DNA from: Patescibacteria group bacterium
GTDB lineage: Bacteria; Patescibacteriota; Patescibacteriia; UBA9934
Assembly (NCBI GenBank): GCA_041666205.1
Contig: JBAYHI010000002.1
Location: 725 to 64,724, forward strand
DNA length: 64,000 nucleotides
Direction: 5' to 3'
The position numbers and the translations under genes were made by a program. The notes beneath the pieces are model-generated. The model searched no databases. It saw nothing but the letters and a program-made list of their open reading frames with translations, and was not told the origin of the DNA. Below, piece by piece: positions 21,695 to 30,063 of the stretch (within the stretch, counting starts at the first letter, position 1; each line of letters opens with the position of its first letter).

Positions 21695-22928
21695 TAAAGA
21701 GCTGGTGGATGCCGCGGCGTCTAAAGGTGTTGAAATCGATATCGACAAGCTCTTGTCGCTCGATCGCAGTGTGCGTTCGCTCGAAAAAGAAATCGAGGCG
21801 ATTGCCGCGCAGAAAAATGAAGCGGGAAAGCAAATTGCTACGGCCGATGAGAAGGACCGCAGAAAAATGATCGAGGACATGCGCACCATCGATCGCAAAG
21901 AAGAAGAACTGCGCGCAGAGCTCACGCCAAAACAAGACGAGCTCCAGGACTTACTGTACCGCATTCCAAATCCTCCCTGCGACGACGTCACACGCGATAC
22001 GGATGCAAGCCACAATGAAGTGATCCGCACCGTAGGTGAGATCCCAGCGTTTACGTTTGCGCCTCGCGATCATATGGAGTTGGGCGATGCGCTTGGCATC
22101 ATTGACATTGATCGTGCGGCAAAGGTGAGCGGCGCACGCTTCACGTATTTGAAAGGCGATGGCGCCTTGCTTGAATTTGCGCTTTTGCAATACGGGCTTT
22201 CTGTCATTATGAAACATGGATTTGTACCCGTACTCGTTCCGCACCTCATTACGGCCAATTCTATGCGCGCCATGGGCTATTTGGAGCACGGCGGACACGA
22301 TGAAATCTACTATCTGCAAAAAGACAATTTGTATTTGATCGGCACGGCCGAGCAAGCGATTGGCCCGATGCATCAGGACGAAATTTTAGATCTTTCTCAG
22401 CCGATTCGCTATGTTGGATTCTCTCCATGCTATCGACGCGAGTCTGGATCGTACGGAAAAGATACCAAGGGTATTTTGCGCATGCATCAATTTGAAAAAC
22501 TGGAGATGTTTAGCTTCACGACGCCTGAAACATCCGACGCCGAGCATGAACTGATTTTATCGATTGAAGAGGAACTCATGCAGGGCCTCAAACTTCCATA
22601 TCACGTGATCAAAATGGTGAGTGGCGATTTGGGATTGCCAGCGGCGCGCAAGTACGATATCGAAGCCTGGGTCCCTTCGCAGAATACGTACCGTGAAACC
22701 CATTCCACCTCCACCACAACCGATTTCCAAACGCGACGCCTCAATACCCGTTACCGCACCGAAGACGGAAAAACCGCGATTGCGCACGCCCTCAACGGCA
22801 CCGCGTTTGCGATGGGCAGAACCCTGATTGCGATTCTTGAGAATAATCAACAAGAAGATGGAAGCGTCGTCATTCCAGAAGTGCTCCGGCCGTTCATGGG
22901 CAAAGACATGCTCACACCAAAAAAATAA
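21663..22928 (+). CDS. serS: seryl-tRNA synthetase
   Basis: 421 aa. N-terminal coiled coil, FRRESGSYGKDTKGILRMHQFEKLE, and the class II core. Confidence 0.95.
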   Translation: MIDLKILREHSKELVDAAASKGVEIDIDKLLSLDRSVRSLEKEIEAIAAQKNEAGKQIATADEKDRRKMIEDMRTIDRKEEELRAELTPKQDELQDLLYRIPNPPCDDVTRDTDASHNEVIRTVGEIPAFTFAPRDHMELGDALGIIDIDRAAKVSGARFTYLKGDGALLEFALLQYGLSVIMKHGFVPVLVPHLITANSMRAMGYLEHGGHDEIYYLQKDNLYLIGTAEQAIGPMHQDEILDLSQPIRYVGFSPCYRRESGSYGKDTKGILRMHQFEKLEMFSFTTPETSDAEHELILSIEEELMQGLKLPYHVIKMVSGDLGLPAARKYDIEAWVPSQNTYRETHSTSTTTDFQTRRLNTRYRTEDGKTAIAHALNGTAFAMGRTLIAILENNQQEDGSVVIPEVLRPFMGKDMLTPKK

Positions 22929-22931
22929 GTT

Positions 22932-24077
22932 GTGGCAACATCCCATCCAAAAACATGGGTGGAGATATCGAGTGCCGCGCTCGCGGCCAATATTTCTGCT
23001 CTAAAAAAAATGCTTGGGCCCGACACGCAGTTGTGCGCGGTCGTCAAAGCCAATGCCTACGGGCACGATATCGAAACCATCGCACGCTTGGCGAGCACGT
23101 CGGGTGTTTCTTGCTTTGCGGTTGATCATCTTGATGAAGCACTCGTGGTGCGATCACGCTTGTCGGATGCAGAAATCATCATCTTGGGGTATGCACCCCC
23201 GGAATGGGCTGACACGATTGTTGAGAACCGGTTTATTCAAACTATTTACAGTGAGGAATCGCTCAAAAATCTTTCCGACGCCGCGCTTCGAGCCCGAAGT
23301 CAGGCACGCATCAATTTGAAAATCGAAACTGGAACGCATCGGCAGGGAATTGAGCTCAAAAAACTCTGGGGCTTTTTGCGCACCATTCGTCAATACGAAA
23401 AAACCATTGAGTTCACGGGTGTCTCATCGCATTTCGCTGATGCAGAAACTCCGGGAAGCGCGTACAGCGCCTATCAAATGGAACTGTTCGCCGAAGCACT
23501 ACGACTCATAGAAGAAGCAGGCCTTGCTCCTCGGTATAAACATTTTGCGTGTTCGGCTGCGATTGTGCTTGATCCAAATACGCATTTCAATCTTGTGCGA
23601 AGTGGCATTGCCTTGTACGGAATCTGGCCGTCAGAGGCGGTGCGACGTGTGAATCGTGTTCGTCAAAATGCGATCGATCTCCACCCAGTGCTTGCATGGA
23701 AAACGCGCATTGCTCAAATCAAAGAGCTTCAGCCCGGTGAATGCGTTGGTTATGGCATGACGTTTCGCTCAGATCGACCGCTGCGCATTGCGGTGCTCCC
23801 GGTCGGATACAGCGACGGGTATCGTCGCGTCTTTAGTCGCAAAGCCTCCGTCCTGGTGCGTGGTCATGCGTGCCCAGTGATCGGCACGATTTGCATGAAC
23901 ATGATGATGATTGATGTGTCTCAATTGCCCATGGTGAAAGAAGGCGACATCGTGACATTGCTCGGGCGTGATGGCATGCATCAAATCTCTGCGGAGGAAC
24001 TTGCCGAGTGGGGCAGTACGATTGCCTACGAAATTGTAACGCAAATCAATCCGCTTCTTCCTCGCCTTGTTGTATGA
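22932..24077 (+). CDS. alr: alanine racemase
   Basis: 381 aa. AVVKANAYGHD is the PLP-lysine motif. C-terminal beta domain present. Confidence 0.9.
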   Translation: MATSHPKTWVEISSAALAANISALKKMLGPDTQLCAVVKANAYGHDIETIARLASTSGVSCFAVDHLDEALVVRSRLSDAEIIILGYAPPEWADTIVENRFIQTIYSEESLKNLSDAALRARSQARINLKIETGTHRQGIELKKLWGFLRTIRQYEKTIEFTGVSSHFADAETPGSAYSAYQMELFAEALRLIEEAGLAPRYKHFACSAAIVLDPNTHFNLVRSGIALYGIWPSEAVRRVNRVRQNAIDLHPVLAWKTRIAQIKELQPGECVGYGMTFRSDRPLRIAVLPVGYSDGYRRVFSRKASVLVRGHACPVIGTICMNMMMIDVSQLPMVKEGDIVTLLGRDGMHQISAEELAEWGSTIAYEIVTQINPLLPRLVV

Positions 24078-24979
24078 ACATGCGACGAAGAAATTTCATG
24101 AGACGCGTGCAGGCAAATCGTTACGATGCCAAGACGTTTAAGAATCCGCTTTTTGGTGATCGTGGCGCCTTGCCTCGATGGAAAAAATATCTCCTGAGTT
24201 TCTTCGTGGTTGCTTTCTTGGTTGGCATCGGGTGGCTCGTATTCTTTGGACCATTCTCCACGATCAAGACGATTGCCGTGAGTGGTCTCACCACCATTCC
24301 AAATACATTTATTGAAGACGCAGCACGCACTCAAATGCAAGGGAACCGTTTCGGGATCGTGCCACAATGGTCGCGCTATACCTTTTCGGTTTCCCAATTT
24401 GCGCAAACGCTTCAAGATACCTATGACTTCACCTCGTTGTCTGTGGTGATGGATGGGCGCACACTGAACGTCGTTGCAGAAGAACGCGTATCAGAGCTTG
24501 TGTGGAAGAGCGGGGATCGTATGCTGTTTTTGGATCTCACAGGCATGGCAACACGATCGCTGTATGATTATGAGCTTGCGCAAATCTATACGCGATTAGG
24601 GCAACAAACCGTCTATATCTACGACGGCACGCAAGCACTCCCACTTCAACCGAGCATTCCAATTCTTGTCGACGTGAGTGCAACGCCCATTGAATCAAAT
24701 AGCGAGGTGCTGAGCCCTATGCACGCGGAAACAATCATTGCGTTTGATAAAGCGGCGCGTGCATTGCAATTGAACCCCATGTTTTACCAGATTGAAAAGC
24801 CGCATGCGAATTGGCTCACGGTTCAAATTGCGCAAGGATGTAAAATTCTTATCGATGGAACGCGGGGGGTGGGGGAGCAGGAGGGGGTGCTCGAGACGGT
24901 CCTTAAAGAGTACCGAGATCAACTCTCAACCTTGGAGTATATTGATATTCGTTTTGGGGATCACGTGTATATTAAATAG
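24074..24979 (+). CDS. FtsQ/DivIB-like cell division protein (POTRA)
   Basis: Starts at the ATG at 24074, overlapping the alr stop. Basic cytoplasmic tail, one TM (LLSFFVVAFLVGIGWLVFFG), a POTRA-like segment IKTIAVSGLTTIP, and a C-terminal YIDIRFGDHVYIK. Confidence 0.55.
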   Translation: MNMRRRNFMRRVQANRYDAKTFKNPLFGDRGALPRWKKYLLSFFVVAFLVGIGWLVFFGPFSTIKTIAVSGLTTIPNTFIEDAARTQMQGNRFGIVPQWSRYTFSVSQFAQTLQDTYDFTSLSVVMDGRTLNVVAEERVSELVWKSGDRMLFLDLTGMATRSLYDYELAQIYTRLGQQTVYIYDGTQALPLQPSIPILVDVSATPIESNSEVLSPMHAETIIAFDKAARALQLNPMFYQIEKPHANWLTVQIAQGCKILIDGTRGVGEQEGVLETVLKEYRDQLSTLEYIDIRFGDHVYIK

Positions 24980-25088
24980 GGATGGAGACCGGGATTTTGG
25001 ACGTTTTACGACACTCATGTTTTTGTCATGTGTCGAGAGAGGGGAAGAGAATAAATCGTGTTTAGAAATAATAAAAAAAATTGTTTCC

Positions 25089-25116
25089 GTAGGGAACAAT
25101 AATTATTGTTCCGTAC
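25089..25116. repeat. 28-bp near-perfect palindrome GTAGGGAACAATAATTATTGTTCCGTAC (family C, copy 1)
   Basis: Read directly. A second, perfect copy is at 60926-60953. Confidence 0.85.
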
Positions 25117-25343
25117 TAAATCAAATTTTTTATATTTAAAAAAATGAATTCCTAATTTATAATTTATAAATAAAGAAAACCTTATAATAATTTATATAAG
25201 GTATATAAGGGGCCGATGCTCAGAGCCCGAAAACAGGCCTAGTGTCGTATAAGATATATTGTGCGACACTCACCTTTTGCTATTTTTGAGAGTCTCCAGG
25301 CAGGTGTGCGCCCTTCTCTGTAGCCCCCCTTCCCTTGCCATTT

Positions 25344-25386
25344 GTGTCATTGCGAGGAGGCACACTTGCCGACGAAGCAATCTACA
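25344..25386 (+). repeat. hairpin repeat, family A copy 1: GTGTCATTGCGAGGAGG-N9-CGACGAAGCAATCTACA
   Basis: The 17-mer flanks are identical to the copy at 32719-32761. The internal ATTGC/GCAAT stem is visible. Confidence 0.85.
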
Positions 25387-25471
25387 CGATTGACGAATTA
25401 TTTAAAATCAAGTGAAATAAAATAAATCTTTCGGAAAGATTTTTCGAACTTCCTTTGTGTGTGGAGGGCTC

Positions 25472-25840
25472 ATGCAAATAAGTTTCGAGGTCCAGATTCC
25501 TGTTAACGGCACTGCCCCAGTACAGGCCCCGGTCTGTCTGCGCGGCCGTGGTGAAGACATCTATCGTATCAGGGATCTCGTTCACATGGGGCCAACGAAG
25601 ACATTCGTGAGGCGTGAACCGGGCGAAGTCCTCGAGCGGAGTGAACCCCTGCTCATTCTGCAGGGACATGGCGTGACACTGCTAAGCAGTGACGTTCGCG
25701 TCCGCATCGTGAGCGTTGAACGTGAACCGCACCGCGCGTTTTTCACGGTAAGCCTCGAGGTCGCGTCGTCTGTGGATATTCAGGTTGTCTCCGCCCAATT
25801 CAACGCGTCTGAAGGCGCAATTGAGCTCATGACAACCTGA
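25472..25840 (+). CDS. hypothetical protein on a GC-rich island; part of a repeated element
   Basis: 122 aa. GGAGGG Shine-Dalgarno 3 nt upstream. About 58 % GC. No recognisable domain. The downstream 320 bp is conserved in the inverted copy at 63787 onward. Confidence 0.4.
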   Translation: MQISFEVQIPVNGTAPVQAPVCLRGRGEDIYRIRDLVHMGPTKTFVRREPGEVLERSEPLLILQGHGVTLLSSDVRVRIVSVEREPHRAFFTVSLEVASSVDIQVVSAQFNASEGAIELMTT

Positions 25841-25920
25841 TACGTGCTCTCCCCTTCTCGCGTCCGATCTCTCGGGCGCGTTCGTCGTTTTAAGACACTT
25901 CCCTATTATTTCCAAAATTT

Positions 25921-26164
25921 TCGATCCCGCCAGCTCGAGCATTGTCAAAGAGGAATCCGGCGTTCGGACAGGAATTGCACGGCCACCTCCGGCACATCCA
26001 TAATCAAAGGGCGGCCACATTGGGCCGCCCCTACGGCAATAATTGCCGGACGACTGGCCGTGCCCTGACCGACGACGGATATGAAAAATGCGCCTCTTTG
26101 ACAAGCACAGACCTGGCGGCAGTTTCTTTCTCTCCACTTTCTTTGCTGTCAAAGAAAGTGGAGG
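25921..26164 (-). repeat. conserved noncoding part of the repeated element, inverted copy A, ending in palindrome TCTCCACTTTCTTTG-ctgt-CAAAGAAAGTGGAGG (26131-26164)
   Basis: The reverse complement aligns with 63787-64000: a 24-mer with one mismatch, a 31-mer gccggattcctctttgacaatgctcgagctg that is exact, and the same palindrome. Confidence 0.8.
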
Positions 26165-26176
26165 AACATAATCTAA

Positions 26177-27358
26177 TTAAAAACTAATGTAGTCCTCTGG
26201 ATTCACAGGAATCCCGTTCAATCGCACTTCAAAGTGCAAGTGAGGGCCGGTGGAAAATCCCGTGCTTCCTTCGTAACCAATCACGTCTCCTCGCTCCACA
26301 AACTGGTCGGCTTCTACGTTGAAGCCCGACATATGCGCGTAGAGCGTTGCCAGACCTCCTTCGTGCACAATCATCACATAATTCCCATACGACGCTCCTG
26401 TGCGCGTCCAGGCCACAATACCGGGGGCTGCAGCTTTGATGGGCGTGCCATAACTCGTGGCGATATCAATCCCAGAATGTTGGCCGAATAATTTCTTAAA
26501 TGGGTAGGTTGGGTCGTGGAAAATCGCTGTAATCGTGCCCTGCATTGGCGCGCTCAAACTAGGCGCAATATCGAGCCCGTCATTATCCTGATCGCTCAGG
26601 CGTTGCTCAAGCTCATTTTGGAGCATGGAGAGCTCATTGGTAACCGATTGCTCTTCTTGGCGCAGCTCACTCATGAGCACGCGATATTGGGCTTCAGAGG
26701 ACTGCGTTTTTTGCACCAGAACGTCTTTAGCATTTTTTTGCTGATCGAGTGTTCCCTGCTCGGTTTTTAATTCATCTTGCATTGCCAAAAGATCGGCAAG
26801 CCCTTCTTCTTGTTTTGTCTGCTCATCTTGCAGTCGGTTTTTTGTTTCCTTGGTCGACGCAACCGCTTTTCCAAGATTTGCATTGAGGGTTTCTAGCTCT
26901 TCAATGTGCGCGAATAATTCATCGAAATTCTCTGCATTAAAAAGAACATCCACCACTTCGATGCCCTGATTTTTTTGTAATTCGAAAATCATTTCACCAA
27001 GCAGTTCCTTTTGCTTTTCAAGTGAAGCAGTTTGCGCTTCAATTTCGTTTGCGATGAGCTGTAGTTCAAGATTTTTTCCATCAATATCGGCTTGCGTGCC
27101 TTGAATTTCAAGCTCGAGTAATGCCGTTTGATTTTCAATGAGCGCGATATCATTCAACAGACTCGCTGCTTGCGTATCGAGCGTTTTGATTTTTGCACGA
27201 TAGCTATCAATTTCTTTTTGGATATTTTCGGCTTGCGCTTTCTTATCTGCGATGTCTTTTTGCATGCTTTTCACATCGCCTTCCGCGAACGCAAAATGAG
27301 CAATTCCAATGGTGGAGATTGCCAAACATGCAATCAGAATGAGGCGAAATCGTCCCAT
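26177..27358 (-). CDS. M23 family metallopeptidase with N-terminal coiled coil (EnvC-like)
   Basis: Signal peptide MGRFRLILIACLAISTIGIA, a long coiled coil, and C-terminal GIDIATSYGTPIKAAAPGIV...GSTGFSTGPHLHFEV. Confidence 0.85.
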   Translation of the reverse strand: MGRFRLILIACLAISTIGIAHFAFAEGDVKSMQKDIADKKAQAENIQKEIDSYRAKIKTLDTQAASLLNDIALIENQTALLELEIQGTQADIDGKNLELQLIANEIEAQTASLEKQKELLGEMIFELQKNQGIEVVDVLFNAENFDELFAHIEELETLNANLGKAVASTKETKNRLQDEQTKQEEGLADLLAMQDELKTEQGTLDQQKNAKDVLVQKTQSSEAQYRVLMSELRQEEQSVTNELSMLQNELEQRLSDQDNDGLDIAPSLSAPMQGTITAIFHDPTYPFKKLFGQHSGIDIATSYGTPIKAAAPGIVAWTRTGASYGNYVMIVHEGGLATLYAHMSGFNVEADQFVERGDVIGYEGSTGFSTGPHLHFEVRLNGIPVNPEDYISF

Positions 27359-27365
27359 GCGTTTA

Positions 27366-28808
27366 TTATACCAGTTTTTGCAGTGCAACCTCAATTCGGT
27401 TGAGAGATTCGTCTTTCCCAAGCACCCACAGGAGTTCAAATGGACTGGCGGATTTTTCTTGGCCTGAAAGCGCTACACGTAAAGGCCAGAGCACATTGCC
27501 AGCCTGGAGCCCGCCTGCAGTCATATACGACCGGATGGAATCCTCGATTCCTGCAAGATCGTCAAACGAAACGGAATCTAGTTGCGCTTTAATATTTTCG
27601 AGTTGAAGTTTTGCGTCTGCAGCGTCGGATTTTTTCCATACAAGAAGTGACGCATCGTAATCCGAATTTGTTTCGTATGCCGAGAGTTTTGCCTGAAGCT
27701 CATCCAGTCGGTTCACGCGTCCACGCTCGATGAATGCCGCTTTCCACATGGTTTCGTCGCCGGTGACGAAATCCTTCGCAGCGGCCTTGAATTCGTCAAA
27801 CGTCATTTTTTGCAGATATTGATTATTCATCCAGTCGAGTTTTTCCTTGTTGAGGATGGCGCTCGATTTATTCACGCGCTTCAAATCAAATGCATCAATA
27901 AGTTCCTGAAGCGTGAAGATTTCTTTTTCTCCTGATGGATTGAACCCGAGCGTTCCCACGAAATTCAACAGTGCATCGCGCAAATATCCTTTTTTCAAAT
28001 AGTCCTCAACCGATACGTCGCCTTGGCGTTTTGAGAGTTTGGAACGGTCTGGATTAAGAAGCAGTGGCAGGTGTGCAAATACCGGCACGGCAAGCCCGAG
28101 CATCTTGTAGAGCATCACATGCTTTGGTGCGCTTGGAAGCCATTCTTCGCCTCGAATAATGTGGGTGATATTCATGAGCGAATCATCCACAACCACGGCC
28201 ATATGATAGGTCGGAAATCCGTCGGATTTGAGAATGACCTGATCGTCGATATCGGCATTATTGAATTTGATGGTGCCACGAATTTCATCCTCAATAATCG
28301 TCTCGCCTTCCGGCACTTTCATACGGATTACAAACGGTTCGCCCGCAGAGATTTTTTGCTGGACTTCATCGGGCGTAAGCGAGGCACATCGTCGATCGTA
28401 CTTTGGCGTTTGCTTGGTGGCTTGTTGTGCGCTGCGCATTTCCTCAAGTCGTTCCTTGGAACAAAAACAGTGATACGCATCGCCTTGCGCAAGTAATTGG
28501 TCAACGTATTTTTTGTAGGTTCCCAAGCGTTCAGATTGAATGTAGGGGCCAACATCACCACGCTGAATCATTTTTCCATCCTCGAGAAATGGGCCTTCAT
28601 CGTGTTCAATTTTTAGTGCGTTAAAAACGCCAAGCAAATTTTCCGTGGCGCCCTCCACAAATCGTTCGCGGTCCGTATCTTCAATACGAATAATAAATTT
28701 TCCTTTGTTCTGGCGCGCAAAAAAGTAATTGAAAAGCGCGGTGTGTAAGGTCCCAATGTGCACGTAGCCCGTTGGCGATGGAGCAATGCGAGTTCGAACT
28801 TCGTTCAT
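27366..28808 (-). CDS. gltX: glutamyl-tRNA synthetase
   Basis: From MNEVRTRIAPSPTGYVHIGT (the HIGH region) through KLSKRQG (KMSKS-like). Confidence 0.9.
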   Translation of the reverse strand: MNEVRTRIAPSPTGYVHIGTLHTALFNYFFARQNKGKFIIRIEDTDRERFVEGATENLLGVFNALKIEHDEGPFLEDGKMIQRGDVGPYIQSERLGTYKKYVDQLLAQGDAYHCFCSKERLEEMRSAQQATKQTPKYDRRCASLTPDEVQQKISAGEPFVIRMKVPEGETIIEDEIRGTIKFNNADIDDQVILKSDGFPTYHMAVVVDDSLMNITHIIRGEEWLPSAPKHVMLYKMLGLAVPVFAHLPLLLNPDRSKLSKRQGDVSVEDYLKKGYLRDALLNFVGTLGFNPSGEKEIFTLQELIDAFDLKRVNKSSAILNKEKLDWMNNQYLQKMTFDEFKAAAKDFVTGDETMWKAAFIERGRVNRLDELQAKLSAYETNSDYDASLLVWKKSDAADAKLQLENIKAQLDSVSFDDLAGIEDSIRSYMTAGGLQAGNVLWPLRVALSGQEKSASPFELLWVLGKDESLNRIEVALQKLV

Positions 28809-28809
28809 A

Positions 28810-29556
28810 TTATTTGTGAGAGGTGACGTTATCATAAAAAACCACGAGCGGAAAGACAATGACGGCGTTAAAAATACGTCCGATTCGGCTAGGTTCGAGG
28901 ATAAGTCTCCAGAGCCATTCGAGTCCAATTTTACGCATCCAGCGTGGCGCACGTTTCAAATCGCCTGAGAGCATATCAGCAGCACCCCCAACGCCAATGG
29001 TAATGCGAACGCTTGGGAGCAATGGAAGACGTGAAAAAAATGCGGATTGTTTTTCTTGTGGAAGCGCCAGAGCAATGATGTGCGGTGCAAAGATATTGAT
29101 CTTTTCCACCACGTCATTTGAAATCGCGAGTTCCCCATTCAAAAGATCAAGTGCGCCGGGATTCAGCCCCTGCACGTGAAGTCCAGGAAAATCTTCTGCA
29201 AGATGAATCGCTGCGCGTTTTGCGTGGTCCCCTGCCCCGCCAAGAATGAGAATTTTTTTCTGTTCGGTTTGTGCGAGTTTTGCCAGGTGCGCAAGCGTAT
29301 CGATTCCGCTTTGGCGCTTGGGCATTGTATTGCCTTGCAGACGAATCGCCAGACAGAGTCCAATTGCATCGGGAAGATGCAAATCTGCACGAATGAGTTG
29401 ATCTCGAAACGTTTTATTTTTTTGCGCTGCAAGAATCATCTCCGGATTTGGTGTCATGATTGTTTTTTGGTCCGTGCCATGCATCCAGCTCAAAAGAAGG
29501 TCCTCGAGTTCCGTGTCGGAGAGTACGTCAATTGGAATCCCAAGAACCGAGGTCAT
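28810..29556 (-). CDS. WecB/TagA/CpsF family glycosyltransferase
   Basis: About 248 aa from MTSVLGIPIDVLS. The family core is ILILGGAGDHAKRAAIHLAEDFPGLHVQG...KQSAFFSRL. Confidence 0.75.
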   Translation of the reverse strand: MTSVLGIPIDVLSDTELEDLLLSWMHGTDQKTIMTPNPEMILAAQKNKTFRDQLIRADLHLPDAIGLCLAIRLQGNTMPKRQSGIDTLAHLAKLAQTEQKKILILGGAGDHAKRAAIHLAEDFPGLHVQGLNPGALDLLNGELAISNDVVEKINIFAPHIIALALPQEKQSAFFSRLPLLPSVRITIGVGGAADMLSGDLKRAPRWMRKIGLEWLWRLILEPSRIGRIFNAVIVFPLVVFYDNVTSHK

Positions 29557-29557
29557 A

Positions 29558-29956
29558 CTATTTTTTGAACGTAAAGAAAATGATCGATAACCCGCCCAGC
29601 AAATCACAGAAAAGATCGCCCAAAGAATCTTGAAGCGATGGTTGCGTATACGATCCAAAGAAATAATCCTGGGCGAATTCGAAGAATTCCCACACAATGC
29701 CGATGAGCCCGGCAAAGCAGACAATGAACAGAATTTTTGCAATCCATGGGCGCGCATTCAAGAACGTGTTTTTGAAAGAAATTGTGGAAACGTTTTCATT
29801 CCAAAGTGCGAGCCCGAGCATCCCCATGGCAGCACCTCCTGCAAAGTGCATGGGAATATCAATTGTCGGCCAATTCCAGTAGCCATTGATGAGCAAAAGC
29901 ACCACCTGAACGAGCATGACAGCGAACGCAGACTGAATGGCTAATTTATACGTCAT
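29558..29956 (-). CDS. small polytopic membrane protein, hypothetical
   Basis: Four hydrophobic segments. First gene of the membrane-protein/tagA/gltX/M23 string. Confidence 0.35.
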   Translation of the reverse strand: MTYKLAIQSAFAVMLVQVVLLLINGYWNWPTIDIPMHFAGGAAMGMLGLALWNENVSTISFKNTFLNARPWIAKILFIVCFAGLIGIVWEFFEFAQDYFFGSYTQPSLQDSLGDLFCDLLGGLSIIFFTFKK

Positions 29957-29998
29957 ATTGTCCCCCATCATAGCAAATTACATCGATTTTCCAAGTTC

Positions 29999-30027
29999 TT
30001 GACGTCAAATCTTTAGCAATCTATAAT
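29999..30027 (+). promoter_or_regulatory. sigma70-like promoter for clpB
   Basis: TTGACG (29999-30004), exact 17-nt spacer, TATAAT (30022-30027), 36 nt upstream of the clpB ATG. Confidence 0.6.
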
Positions 30028-30063
30028 ACAGACTGCTAAATAACGAGGCAAACCCGAATCCTT

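Noticed and set aside
21650-22030. 126-aa Ser-rich ORF antisense to serS, and similar antisense ORFs (1892-2560 inside atpD, 7861-8478 in an alternative frame of the helicase, 25682-26152 antisense to the repeat element)
   Set aside because: They are low-complexity and fully overlap well-supported genes, which is typical of spurious antisense or alternative-frame ORFs.
25921-26164. Considered whether the two diverged repeat copies are a diversity-generating retroelement template/variable repeat pair
   Set aside because: There is no reverse transcriptase in the window. The copies are inverted and 37 kb apart. Mismatches are not confined to adenine positions, and there are hairpin indels.
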